From: the human T2T-CHM13v2.0 reference genome, Homo sapiens
NCBI RefSeq assembly: GCF_009914755.1
Contig: NC_060928.1
DNA: 64,000 bases
Reading direction: 5' to 3' (one strand)
This document shows positions 27,300 through 40,269 of the stretch, one piece after another (the first letter of the stretch is position 1; the number at the start of each line of letters is the position of its first letter). Below the pieces are notes generated by a model. The model ran no database searches, was not told where the DNA came from, and worked only from the letters and a program-made list of their open reading frames with translations. The position numbers were made by a program, and so were the translations under genes.

Positions 27300-29000
27300 C
27301 CCTTGGATGAGGTCAAGTTGGTGGCAGGGTTTGGGTTCCTATCTTGTTGGTCTGAGGACAGTGGTTCTATGACTTACCTACCTTTCAGGGTCCCTTGCAT
27401 TGCTTTTCTTGTGGACTTTCAATTTCACCCTCGGGAATCTCAAAATAGCATGTATATTTAAGTCTCTCTTGGACTCTCATCTGAACTTTTGTCCCTCTTT
27501 TGATGACAGTCCTCCTGGATGATATCTAAATTATACATTCAGTTGGATTTCAACCATATTTCAATATGTTCCCTAAATGTGCCACTGGCATGTTTCTTAA
27601 CACGCTCAGAGTCTATTAGGATCAAGACGTCAATTTGCCTACATCTGGTCTTTTTTGGACGTGATCTCTGAAGGCCCAGAGTGGGATGCTGAACTGCTGA
27701 AAGGTTAGAAGCTACTGAAAGGGTAGTTGTCACTTGGTCATGTAGACAAGACAGTGGCCCAATCATCCTTAGGTCTCTCTGGGGAGGGGTGGAATGTATC
27801 TCACAATGTCTCTCCTTAGGGATAAGACTCTGAATCTTTGACCCCACCTCTGCCTGCCATGATCATACTGTTCCCCTTCTGAGGCACTTATCTCCTGTGC
27901 TGCTGGAATGTGGCTCTGTTTGGAAAAAAGTGAACAAAGGGTAAGAACATGGCCCCTGAGCCCAGTGATTCTAATCAAATAGCAAACCACCTAAGTGTCT
28001 CTTTGTGCAGAAGAATGGGCTCAGTGCCTGTTGGGGGCATAGGGAATAATGAATGCAATATTGGGAGTGAATAACATAAAACAGTAACTTTTCTCTGAAC
28101 ACAAGAAAAGTTGACTTGTTCTAAATCTTGAGCTTTTTCTGACAAAACTGAATAGAATGGCATGCCTGTGGTTCTAAAATAAGACCTGACTCATTTGTCA
28201 GATGTTCTTTACATAACATGATTTATTCTAAGCTGACTGAGATACTTCTCATTCTTCCTTTTGAGGGTCGTGGAGGTCAGCAGGTTTTGATCTCTGATCA
28301 AATGATATCTCATTACAATATTCACACATGGTACGTGTGTGTGAATATGTGTGTGAATATGGTAATGTCTATCACCTTTTGCTTTTCATTGCCACAATCC
28401 TCATTATGTGTTTAGGGAGGTAGGGATCTAAAATACTCTATTGCCCCTTACTTGATTAAAGAACCTCTTCATAGTTCGAGCTGGTAAGAATAGTGTTCAT
28501 CTCGCTTTGATTGGAGGATTAATACTCTTGTTCCTGGTGAAAGGTATCCATTCTCCTCTGAATCACTTTGGCTAGGCTCTCTTGAATCATGGGAGCTCAA
28601 AGTCAAGCTGCTTCCTCTAGGGGAAAGCCGCTCCCAGACATGTTTGGATTTGGCTTGGCTTTACCCACTTCTGTCTTTTGATCCCCATGATATGAGCCAC
28701 TGATGAATATAACCTAGGTCATTTCGATGCCCTTCTACGGACACAAGTAGCCAAGACTCTTGTTACTTCTATCCATATAAGGGTCATTTGAAAACCAGAT
28801 TTAGGTGGTGGGACACTTTACCTGGACCATCCCAAACTGTTCTTGTGGGGATCATTCATTTAACCCCAGGAGGTTCCCCTGGATGTGGATTACATAGGTA
28901 ATATTGATTGACTGGGCCTGGGTCACCATGCTCTTTCCCCACTTCCCTGGCCTCCACGTTTATGGTTCTCAGATCTGAGGTGTTCCATTTTCTCTGCCAT
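27300..29000 (-). pseudogene. Decayed Mx copy, lineage II
   Basis: 28450-29000 is colinear with 2990-3480 at about 25.5 kb offset; GTEPILLHK in ORF 27975..28163. Confidence 0.6.
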
Positions 29001-29139
29001 GGACTCCCTTTGGATAGTGAAGATCAAATTCAAGGGCCCAGCATCCTCTGTGCTGTGTGTAGAGCTGACTCACTGGCACAACCTACATCTGACAAAGTGA
29101 GCATGTCCCCTGTGCCCTGCTGGTCTTAGGTTGAGCTTC

Positions 29140-31679
29140 AAACATGGTTTCCTGGAAGTTGAGACAGGTTTCCTTCTTAGGGAACAGCTCTGAATTAAGA
29201 GTTGGTTGATGATGAATTGAGGGATTTGTCCAATCAGAAAGACTTTTTGTTTGATACTTTAGAAGGCTACAGAGTGATTCTTCAGCATAATTTCCTGGCA
29301 GCAATCACAGGGCTGGGGCCTGTCAAAAGGTTCCATTTGAAGTTGTTCCATGTGAAAATCTTAATTGCCCAGTGGTACTGGATTAAAGGTTTGCTTAGAA
29401 ATAAGCTCGTTAACATTTCCTATTACTGTGAGTTGTCTAGCATGCTTCAAGATTGACTTGATCAGGAATTCAACACTGGATAGACTGCTTTGTTCAAGCC
29501 CTTACAACAGAGAACTCTTTGGAAGCCTAGAACCGAAAATAATTCTGTATGAAACTTAATGTTCTGATTAATAAGGATGATATGATAGAAATTATATTCT
29601 AAATATGATACAGAAAATAAGTGTGCTGTTAGCTCCTGGTACTATTCACATTTTCTGCAGTCCGTTATGCCACTTTTGCATCATGAGACGTTATTCCTTA
29701 TGTTGATCTATACCTCTGACAGACGAACCATCCCAAAAGAAGAGTCCATATTTGAACCACGTGGCCTGTGCCATGGATAGTATCCAGAAACCAAATGCCT
29801 TAATGCATTGTCTTTTTCTATGCTACACTTGTGGAACCAAAATGAGAACAGTTTGAGTGACTAAAATGCAACTACTTGTTCTGCATTGCAGCATTTCTAT
29901 TTTCTTTGTGATTCAGAGTATCAGGAAATTGTATCCTACTTCTCATGTAAACGATCTCATATTTTAGAGTACTGTACTTTAAGTGGTGTGGCATGTCTTA
30001 ACCTGTTTCATGACTTCATTCTTTGATACACTGTTATCTGACACTTGATCTTTGAGGATATGAACTGTATCCTACTTTCTTGATCTTAGTCTCCATTGCA
30101 AAGGTTGTATTCTAAAAACCATGGTGCCTTGTAGGTGAGTGTTCTCTGTCCTGTGAGTTCATGTAGAAGCTCTCCTACCTGAACATAGACTGGTGGGGAT
30201 GCTACTGAGAAGTACTTTGTGTTTCTGGCTAAAATTATGTCCCCCTATACTCAATGGGCTCATGGTATCTTGTACTTAGATATCCCCCAAAGCTGTGGTG
30301 TCTCGGATGCTACCCCCAAATTTCCCCTACATAAAGCGAAGACCTAAATGCCAGAAGGTTGTAGCTGGACACTGATATGTCTTCACTAGATGCCTTTAGA
30401 GCCACTAGACACAATAATGTCCTAGACAAGTGGAAAGAACACTTGTCATGAGCAACATTGCATCTTCCCCTGAGTATAGACAGGGCCAGTCGGGAGACAG
30501 CACAATTTTGAAGCCATTACAGTCTGCAGTGTCATCGTCAGATTAACTGACCTTTGGCTCAAACATGGAGCCTATGTGTTTCGGAGTGGAAAATGTAGCT
30601 GTTGGTGATGCCTTCCAGTCATTAGCCCTGTTGTGCTTTTTTCCCTTGATTTACTTTTTTGGAGAGTGGCTCAGAAGTCTTGGAATAATTATACTAAGGG
30701 AAATAAGTTATGCTAGGGCTCTTCTTGTGATGAACTAGCTGTTGGTCAGTGTCAGTAGAGCTGCCAATAGGTTCAGAACCCTTGATCCTGCACACTGACA
30801 AACGTGAAAAACCAGAACCTTATTGTCTAGCTGTGATATGTGACAGTTACTTTGGGAGTAACACTAAACCAGTAGACCTGGTGATCCTATCTAGTCCTCA
30901 GTGATGAGCCCATGGCTATTGGTATACCAGGTTTTATACCGCATCAAGGAACTTGACTTTGGCACCTTTGTCCACCAGAACAGGCTTTGTCCAGGTAACT
31001 ATGGTATTACCTGCTTTGCTGTCCACCTCCTGAGCCATATTCTAGTGCTTCTGTGGTGGGGATGTCCATGTAACTGAGGGCAGCCACCAAGTGGATTGTC
31101 TCCTGCTTACAGAGGTCATCCTCGAGTGCCTTGATCTGATGTGCAAGGTCAGTGGTCTGATAGCCCTAAGCCACTTGAACTCGTACCAGGAATGTCTAGT
31201 GTGGGGAGCTGATCTCTAGACTGATAAGCTCATGACTAATTCCCATCTCTTCCCAGCAATGACATGTTGAGCTTTATTGATTTGTGTCCAAAACGTCTCT
31301 ATCTGTGTGTCCTGATAATTACCTTTCCTCTATACTGACATTAATGCAAAAGTGTTTCAGTTTCTGCACCAAAGAACATCTTCTGACAATACCACTGCCT
31401 CTAGGAAAGACTACTCCCTAGATAGCCTCCATCACAGAGCTCTGGACCAGGCTCTGATCCCCTTTGTGCAATAGGACCAGGCTTTCCTTCGTGCCCAGGG
31501 CTCTCGTGAGTAGATGAGGTCAGTGCAGGTGTGTACCTTCTGTCTGTGCTGGCTGTTCAGGTGGTTCTTGGTCCCTGTATCCTGATTTGTCTCCGCCATA
31601 TCACCATCTCCGTATAGTATTTGAGGTTGCATGCAGAAGCTGAATCACACTTGGCAATTTTCGGTTCCGAATGAACTGT
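29140..31679 (-). pseudogene. MX1: MX1-derived processed pseudogene, lineage I (30935-31679 well preserved)
   Basis: VHSEPKIAKCDSASA ([16 protein letters not shown]), NHLNSQHRQKVHTCTDLIYS ([20 protein letters not shown]), GDQS..QSSVMEA, FPRGSGIVRRCSLVQKLK, INKAQHVIAG..MGISHELISLEISS, KQETIHLV, MDIPTTEAL.MAQEVD, TKPVLVDKG; contiguous, no introns. Confidence 0.95.
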
Positions 31680-32190
31680 CCTCTAGTAAAACCAATGAGA
31701 ATTCAATGGCTTGGGTGTCTGTTTTTAGTCTTCGAACATGAATCTGTAAGAATCTGGGGTGCTCTGTCCTGTCTACCTTTACTGTTGGGTATGGTCAATT
31801 CAGACTCATTAGCTTTGCTAAAGGGGAGTTTAAGTGGCTAGTCATTGTCATGGGAACAGAATTCTGAGCTCATAATTGCTTCCCTATGTACTTTCCAAAT
31901 TTTGCCGCCTTTCGTAGAAAGCAAAGTGAGTCTGGGTCAACTACAGGCTGTAACAATGAGATCTTGCCATTTTACAGCTCTAATGAATGGTGTCCAGTTT
32001 AACATGAAAGTGGGTGCTTTCAGTCTTTGGGTTTTTTTCTGGTAGGTCATCTTTACTTGCCCAAGGAAGGGAACATGTCCAGAGAATTCATTCTTAATAT
32101 TTCATGTTTGTCATTATACTTCATTGATTGATCCCATTCCTGGTGATTGGTCACCTTGAAATTGTGATACTTTTGAATGGAAACTGTTCT

Positions 32191-32900
32191 TTTTTTAAAA
32201 AATTTATTTATTATACTTTAAGTTTTAGGGTACATGTGCACAATGTGCAGGTTAGTTACATATGTATACATGTGCCATGCTGGTGCGCTGCACCCACCAA
32301 CTCGTCATCTAGCATTAGGTGTATCTCCCAATGCTATCCCTCCCCCCTCTCCCCACCCCACAACAGACCCCAGAGTGTGATGTTCCCCTTCCTGTGTCCA
32401 TGTGTTCCCATTGTTCAGTTCCCACCTATGAGTGAGGATATGCGGTGTTTGGTTTTTTGTTCTTGCGATAGTTTACTGAGAATGATGATTTCCAATTTCA
32501 TCCATGTCCCTACAAAGGACATGAACTCATCTTTTTTTACGGCTGCATAGTATTCCATGGTGTATATGTGCTACATTTTCTTAATCCAGTCTATCATTGT
32601 TGGACATTTGGGTTGGTTCCAAGTCTTTGCTATTGAGAATAATGCCGCAATAAACATACGTGTGTGTGTGTCTTTATAGCAGCATGATTTATAGTCCTTT
32701 GGGTATATACCCAGTAATGGGGTGGCTAGGTCAAATGGTATTTCTAGTTCTAGATCCCTGAGGAATCGCCACACTGACTTCCACAATGGTTGAACTAGTT
32801 TACAGTCCCACCAACAGTGTAAAAGTGTTCCTATTTCTCCACATCCTCTCCAGCACCTGTTGTTTCCTGACTTTTTAATGAGAAAAACAAGCAATGGGGA
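32191..32900 (-). mobile_element. 5'-truncated L1PA2/3 with a short 5' inversion
   Basis: L1 3' UTR and ORF2 C-terminus (ORF 32571..32894 [26 protein letters not shown]); GAG rather than the L1HS-Ta ACA diagnostic; TSD ggaaactgttctttt at 32179-32193 and 32898-32912. Confidence 0.95.
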
Positions 32901-33639
32901 AACTGTTCTTTTGGCATGGCGGAGGTTTGTGTCAACATCAACTGTAAGGGTTTTAACTGTGCCTGCATTCCACTCACTGGAAAATAAAGGCTTCTGTTTC
33001 TTGTCTAAAACTGGAGGGAGTTAAGAAAAACAATTTGTTCTTTAACAGAAGGATGGGAGAGAAGGGAGCTCATCATTCCCAGTCCCCACTTACCACTCTA
33101 ACCCACATTCCTACACAGGTTTCCTAAAATTCTTTCACCAAACAGATGCTTTTGTCCCAGAACAAAGTAGTCTGTCAATTGGCAAAACCCCAAGATTAGG
33201 AGACACATAACAGGTTGTAGGTTCCTTAAAGATAGAACATTTCAGACAGAAGCTGAGTTCTTCCAAAAGAACTCCTATGTCATAGTTGAGTGTGTTCAGA
33301 GTTCTGTTAGGCACTGGAGGACAGAGCTGTTTCTCACTGTTTTCTGCAAATGTGGAGCACCTGGGACCCAACAGTAAGGTGACCTCACCTTGTCCTGGAG
33401 AATCTCATATAGTGTGACAACGACACAGCCTTGGTTTCCACTGTAACAGTACAAGATTAATAGAGGGGAAGAATTCTTAATTTCATGACAGATTAGTGCC
33501 CTCAAATAGTCAAAGGGGATCTCATCTCTAAATCAACTAATACAATGGATTACTTAAAAGTCGAAAGTTAAAATGTAAACTCAAACTTCTACAAAGTGTA
33601 TTTTAAATACAATTTTGGCTGCCTTCTCACCTGTTAAAG

Positions 33640-33970
33640 TACAGTGTAGGCAAATAGAAATTTATACTCAAGAAATAGTGTGGGGTCAGTTGATGGAAAA
33701 CTACCCAGATAAACTTCAGAGAAGGGTTTGCTGGCCAAACTGACAGGATTCATGCTAAGGACCAGCTGGGAATATAGGCATCACCTGGGAGATGGTGGAA
33801 GAACCTCATCAGATATTGAAAATAATTGGCTGTCAAGTGTGTGGGAGGTTTTTGCAAAATGGCCTTCACAGGGTTGTTCACTAAAGTTGTACTTTATAAG
33901 GAAGTACAGAGTGGGCCCTCTCAGAAGGCTAGGAGGCCTTGCAGTTTGGCCAACAAAAGACTCTTGATCA
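33640..33970 (-). mobile_element. ERV1 LTR fragment, MER67/MER31-like (paralog of 11610-11929)
   Basis: Ends ...ttggccaacaaaagactcttgatca at the equivalent position of the unit. Confidence 0.55.
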
Positions 33971-35095
33971 CTACCCATGATATCATGCTACCTGTTAAAC
34001 TCCTGAAGGATAATTGCCATCCTCATCCCTGTCTCATTATGAACCTCTACTAAATGAAATGGGGAGGATATTGCCCATAGGTGGGGGTTCATGGCCCTAA
34101 GGAGCTGTATGTTCCTGGAATTCTTTACTCAGATAGCTTATGATAGTATCATTTGTAACTTGAAGAGGTATGAAGTAGAAGTTAAAAGGCCTCTTTGCAG
34201 AAGGCATTTGTGAAAAGCGACCAAACTCCTTGAAGAATAGCAGTCCCTTAGTGAAGTTGAAATGACATTGTCTTAACCCTACAGCACTGAAGACAAGCAA
34301 GTGAATACGAGGGGTTTTCAAAAGAGGGGATAACAGGTATATAGTGGTTTTTCCTCCTTGGATTTCTGTTGGAGCTGCCTTTTTATTAAACTGCATGGAG
34401 ATGCTTGATCCCAGAAAATGCCTGTGCTGATAGCTGACATGCGGGGGTGGGGGGGCACAGAAGTTAATCTTGTACTTACACTGAAAAGTCTTGTCTTCAT
34501 TGAAGCTGAATTTTGAGGAGTTGTCTCTTCCATTTTACTTAGCTTTACTGATGTGCTTTCATTCTCTCTGACAGATTAAAAGTAAAAGCGCTATTTCTGA
34601 ACCTTCCATTTCTCACTGTCTTTAGGATGGAGATTAATAGTTACCCTCTCTGGAAGTAGTTAGAACAAAAGGGTGTGTCTTGAACCATCATGATGCCTTG
34701 TATTGTAAGAGGTGTACAGTGGAGTAGTCCATCCCAGCAAAGAGCTACTTACATTCTTTGCCCTCACCTACCATTGAAAGACAAAAATGTTCCTGGAATT
34801 GTTTCTGTAACCATCCCACCTCTGGTCAAGGATGTCTGAGTATGCATGTTGCTTCTCCAAGAGCATGCATTTCCATGTACCCAGCTGAGCTGTCTTCAGA
34901 CATCTTCCACCCAGGAGACATGGGACGTGGCTCAGAGTTCAATGGTGAACAGCCTCATCTGAGAGATTTCTAAGCTTGCCCAGACAAGTATATAAGTTCT
35001 GTCTTGTTCTCTGTCCTGTGATGCTGAACTTTTTGTCATGTTTCCTTCTAAGATGACTCAGTGCTCAGACTAGGGCTTCTTAAATGAACGTCTCT

Positions 35096-35136
35096 TCTAT
35101 AGATATATAGATATATATAGATATAGATAGATATAT
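35096..35136. repeat. (TATAGA)n-like microsatellite
   Basis: tctatagatatatagatatatatagatatagatagatata. Confidence 0.9.
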
Positions 35137-35719
35137 TTTTTGCTATGAAAACAGGAAATATGAAGGCAAAACCTTGTGGGACAAATCTCGATGTTTCTTT
35201 ACTGGATGGAGTGAAAAATACACAGGTTTCCTTCCTGAGTGACTAATATCTCTCAACCACTGCATTTCTTGTTCTCTTCATGATCATGTATAAACAGATT
35301 TATTACAGGTGGTTATAACATTGGCTCCAAGAGAATTCATGCAGGTTGATACTGATCCTCCTGAAACTTTGGTTCATAAGATAATACCAAAACCAGGAAA
35401 TAGACTTGCTATTCATCAGTTGGGAAGATAATGGGATAATTCAGAGAGCAGGGAGGACTCCGAGGTTTGAAAATCTTTCCCAGTCAGGAGATGATGTTCC
35501 AACTATAACTTATGCTTCTGAGAATAGGGCTTTAGTCTTCGTGCTGAAATCAAATTGCTACCACAGCTTTTATACTAATTCCTCAGGGACGAATGGTTAA
35601 GTGGAGACTGATAACAGTCCCATTACTATGTTAGCTGTGTCATCAATTTGGAAGAGGGTATGGCACTTCCTCTCCTTGGAGACTTACTGTGGAGATATAG
35701 TGCTGGACAGAGAGCCTAG

Positions 35720-36500
35720 TTTACAGGGGAATTTGAGTTGGTGTCTATGATAGGATGGCCATGAAAGCCTCTTCTCTGGTAACTTCTTCCTGTTTATGGT
35801 GTCTGCTCCTCCAGGGGCCAGCTGCAGATCCTTGATCTGGAGTAGCTGCAGACTGCCCTTCTGCAGTTTTTGGACATGAGAACTACACAATGAAAGGCAT
35901 GTGGCTAGAGATGCAGTTGCTGCTCTCCTGGTGGACAGGGGATCAGCAGCTGAGATTTCAGCCATGTAAGAGTCTGAAGAAATGGGTTAAAAGAATGGCT
36001 TGCTAGATTTTTAGAGCCTTTTCCCTGTATTCTGCTGCTTTGTCATTCTGTGATGAAGTAAAGTCAACTTGATAACTTTCCTTTTTGAATCAATGTCTTC
36101 AAAATTAACTTGAGTCTTCAATTTTGGACTTGGCTGCCATACAACAGTTAAAATCAATTTTTTTGTGAAGTATCTATAATGGCAATCCAGACCTTTCTAG
36201 TCACTGTGCAGCCTATCAACACTTGGCTCTTCTGCTGCCTTGAACATCATAAAGTAGGAACTCAACTGTAATTCACAAATCCTGGCAGCTCTGTCATGAT
36301 ACTACTGCCTGTTTTCATGTTTGGCCAGAAACTCAAAATGGTTCTCACTTTGATAAAATCAAGATGGTGGGGTTGGTCTCCTATTATTTCTCTAAAGGAC
36401 ACTGTTTCCTTGACTGACTTGTCCAGTGGTTTCTTACACTGTTTGTCTTGTGGCCCCTTTATTGTTCAAAGTTAGAATCGTCATTCATCTCAAAGATGAA
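35720..36500 (-). pseudogene. MX1: Well-preserved MX1 stalk, loop L4 and GED fragment
   Basis: ELPGFVNY, KAAEEPSVDRLH, AAKSKIED, DSYMAEIS, HQESSNCISSHMPFIV, QKLQKGSLQLLQIKD..DTINRKKLPEKRL (ORF 35684..35965) versus MX1 QQLQKAMLQLLQDKD..DTSDKRKFLKERL. Confidence 0.92.
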
Positions 36501-36789
36501 TGTATATCTTCAATTATTTCACCCACCTGCACTTTTGCTTCCCTCTTCTTAGTCTTTGACTTTCTGATAACATGGTGGCCAATTAGCTGACTTGAAGATA
36601 CAGAAATCATCCAGGGGAGCATATTATTTCCATGTGTTCCCTTCATTCCCTCTTGCCATGTTGAATAACATGTTAATAGGTTCTAAGCATTAGCATTAGG
36701 AGAAGGATATCTCTAGGGGTCACTTATTTGCCACTACCTGACACTTAGTTAAAGAGATCCCAGGAATTTCAGAGGAAGGTGGTGAACCA

Positions 36790-36856
36790 GTGTGTGTGTG
36801 TGTGGGGGGGGGGGTGGGGGTGGGGGTGGGGGTGGTGCAGGGAAGGTAGGGTGGGG
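36790..36856 (+). repeat. (TG)n followed by G-run / (GGGGGT)n tract
   Basis: gtgtgtgtgtgtgtggggggggggtgggggtgggggtgggggtgg; has four or more G-runs, so it fits a G-quadruplex motif. Confidence 0.9.
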
Positions 36857-37089
36857 CACAACAGCTACTGAATGGGTAGAATCGGAGTCTACCTGGTCAC
36901 TTAAGTAGGTGAGTGGGCTCCATATCACTGGGTTCTCTGTGAGGAAGTTGTAGAATGTCTCCAAGAATGTCTTCCCTACTTGAACAAGTTGGATAATTTA
37001 CCCTTAAGCTCTATCTGCCATGATCATTGTTTCTTCCAGTGGCATCAATTCCCCTGGGCTGCAGAGATGTGATGTTGCATGCAAGTAAG

Positions 37090-37810
37090 TGAATCGAGTT
37101 GAGGGTGTGGCCTAGGGCAGCCAATCATTCTAATCAAATGGCAAACCACCTGGAAGTCCCTTTGTGCAGACGGATGGGCTCAGTGCTGGCACAGGCAGAG
37201 AATAAGCAATGCAGTAACTGAGACTTGATAATGTAAACATTGAATAACCAAGTCTCATTGTTTTCAAGGGATGGCTTGTCTTTTTAAATGTCCTGCCTTT
37301 TTTCACTCAAAAAATACGTGGGATTTTAATATATTCAAGGATCTAAAACTAGACCCACCTCTTCTGCCAGTTCTCTACCTGTCATGAGTTGTTCTAAGAT
37401 GATTGTTGTAGGTAATGGGCAAAACTCTCATTGCTCTCTCAAGTGTAGTGGAGGTTAGGAAGCTTGGACCTCCACACAGGGGTATTATGTTTATTGCCTC
37501 TTGCTGTTACTTGCCATATACTTCACTGTACTTACATGTTCTGAAAAGGAGAAAAACATCCCTTATAAAACTACATGTGAACAAAGTATTTTGGATCCCA
37601 TTTCTCAATGTACATCCCATTTTAACTGGACTATTAATGCTGTTTTTTAATTCGCCGAATCTTCTCCTGACATACACCACTTTTTTGAGCTCCCATGACT
37701 TGTGGAAGCCTGGCAATGTTATGTTACCTTCTCTAGTGGAAGCTACTGGTAACTTGGTTTGTAGCTTGGCCTACTTTGGCCACATGCAAAAGTACGGAGC
37801 CAGTGACCCA
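37090..37810 (-). pseudogene. Decayed Mx G domain, lineage II
   Basis: Colinear with 13570-14430 and 27950-28710 (caatcattctaatcaaat, ctctagtggaagct). Confidence 0.55.
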
Positions 37811-37899
37811 TTTTAGATGGGAGAAGTGGCTCTTGGTGATGTCTGCCAGTCATTAACTCTTCTGTTTCCTGGAGATGTTTTTCTAGGGAGAATAGCTCA

Positions 37900-39398
37900 G
37901 CAGTCCTGGTGGATGGCTCTAAGAAGAGAAAAATAAGCAATATGGGGGCTAGTTTGTAATGAATTTTATGTTGGCTGTGGAGCAGATGCAAAACCCTTTA
38001 CCTTGCACAGTGACTGATAGCAGTGTGAAACAGGGACCTCATTGGCTAGCCTTGAAGTTTTCAGACTTATGTGTCTTAGCCTGGCAGTAAAGCTGGTGAG
38101 AACTTAGTGGAACTCCCGAGTTTACTTGGTCCTCAGCAGTGAGCCCATTGGAGTCAGCACCTGGGTGGAACGCCAGGGTTCATATCACATGAAGGATCTT
38201 GTATTTGGTACTTTGGCTGCCAGATCAGGCTTTGTCAAGATTATTGTGGTGCTATCTGTGTTAGGGCCTACTTTCTGAGCAATTTTCATCACCTCTATGA
38301 TGAAAAATGTCCATGTAACTAATGACCACCAAGTGGATCATTTCTTGCTTGTGGATGTGCCTCTTGATGAGTGCCTTCCTTTACCACTAAATGTGAGCAG
38401 GCTGAATGAATAATACACTCCTTGTACCAGGAAGGTCTACTGGATATGTGAGGACCTATCTTCAGTAGGATTAGCTTATGACTGATTCATATTCCTTTCC
38501 TAGCAATATTGGGCTTCAGTGACTTTTTTTCCTTCCTGTCTCTGAAGCATCTGAAATCTGGATCTCAAAAGCCAGTGACTGACCCTGTCTCTTCACCTAT
38601 CATCATAAACAAGTTTTTTCAGCCCCAATAATAGAGAACATCTTGTGACAATGCCACTGCCTTTGGGAAGGGCAACTCCTTAGGGTTTTCAGAATGAGAT
38701 CTTGCCCACGCTCTGTCCGACAGCCATGGTAGGCAGGACCATGTTCACTGTATGTCCTGAGCCCTCTGAAAGTTCGTGAGGGCAACGCAGATGTGTACCT
38801 TCTGTTAGTCTAAACTGCACCATTTTGTAAGCTCCCCGCTATTTTGCAGATCTTGGTCAAAGTGAAGTAGTTCATGGGGGTTTGGGGAATGAGAAACATC
38901 CTGCCTAACCACTTGACCACAAGGTGGACAAAGGCTGAACTAAAGAAACATCGCTATCATTTCCTGCTGGACAAAGTTCCAAGGAACATCACGATGACAT
39001 CCCAATGAAACAAGGACCAGAACCGCCTCCTCATGGGAACATCTTAACAATATCCTGCTGGTCAACAAGCCATATTGCTCAGACCTCTCCTGCCCATACC
39101 TATAAGTACCCCCAGCCTGTAAGCAGTCGTGGGATCTGGCATTAAGCTGGTCCCCGACTTCTGTAGATTTTATGCTGGACATAAAGCCTGCATTTGCTGT
39201 TGAGCCACCCTCTTTCTGTGTGTCTTTAACCCTCACCTTCCCTCCAAAACCTAACACCTTCTGCTCATACGGGCTGTACAGGTTGTTCCTGATCTGTTTG
39301 ATTTTTCTCTGCCATAATAGCAAATTCGTTTAGTAATGGATGATTGGGTGCAGAAAATAAAACACATCTGGATTATTTTTCCCTGTCACATGAACCAT
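37900..39398 (-). pseudogene. MX1: MX1-derived processed pseudogene, lineage I 5' half, interrupted by a solo LTR
   Basis: Intact start agaagATGgttcat (ATG 39398-39396); RNNLYSPYEQKV (ORF 38940..39323; [11 protein letters not shown]); PSQRQWHCH is the off-frame LPRGSGIV; LTKPDL at ~38220-38240. Confidence 0.92.
38803..39256 (+). mobile_element. Solo ERV LTR, 454 bp (family not resolved)
   Basis: TGTTAG...CTAACA terminal inverted repeat, 5-bp TSD CCTTC (38798-38802 and 39257-39261), TATAA near 39101; empty site in paralogs near 5955 and 31538. Confidence 0.9.
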
Positions 39399-40269
39399 CT
39401 TCTAGTAAATCTGAGTATTCAATCAGCAGATGTGGTAAATCTACCTGGTCTTGAGGTGAGCCTATGAGTCTAGGCTGCTCTGTCATGACTGCCACTAAAG
39501 GGAAGTGGTCATCTCAGCCTGGACAGTTGGGCTGAGGGATTTTTAACTTGGTTATTCCCATGGAAACAGATTTCTGAGTTCATAATGGTCTCCTTATATA
39601 TGTTCCATTTTTCCCCACTTCATACAGATCTGAGTTGTCATGCAGCTTGTGTTGTCTTTGGTAAGCCATCATAAAATCTTGACATGTGATACCTCTAATG
39701 GTGTCCAGCTTGGTACGAAGATTGTTTTTATTGAGCTTTCTGGCACGTTATTCCTTGTCCAAAAATGGCAGCATGTTCAGAAAACTCATTCTATTTCACT
39801 TTTGTCATTTTTTTTCTTGCTTGATCTTTCTGCTGGTTGAACAGTCTCCTTGAAATTGACATCTTCAAATGGAAATTGTTGCCCTCTTCTACAGGGTGAG
39901 TTCTTAAAGTCAACGTGAAATGCAAAGAGTTTATTTTGCCTTCCTTGCTCTCTGAAATCCCTTATGGAAAATAAGGGGCCTTGGTCCTTCTGAAACTAGA
40001 GCAGGCTATGAAACAGTTGGTCCTTCAGCTGAAGGATGAGAGAAGAGAAATCTCATTCCCTGTCCCCACTTGTTATCACTCATTCACATCCCTACAAGGG
40101 TCTGCAGAAATTCTTTTCCACCAATTTGATGCTTTTGTACTGGAACAAAAGTGGTTTGTCAATTGCCATGGAAAAACCTAGGTTTAGGTGACAACAGGCC
40201 TTGTATGTCTCTTAAAGGTGAAAAATGTAGAAGTCTGTCTTCAAGAGTCTGTCATAGTTGGGGAGTTGT

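Larger units (their letters stand above)
33310..35450 (-). pseudogene. Decayed Mx copy, paralog of 11110-13330
   Basis: EILQDKVRSPYCW (ORF 33296..33505; LLQDKDTYSW); colinear with the 11-13 kb copy (gctgcctttttattaaa, ctgatagctga). Confidence 0.55.

Noticed and set aside
32128-32894. 140-aa and 107-aa ORFs
   Set aside because: Antisense L1 3' UTR and L1 ORF2 C-terminus.
36749-36964. Poly-proline ORF
   Set aside because: Translation of a G-rich simple repeat.
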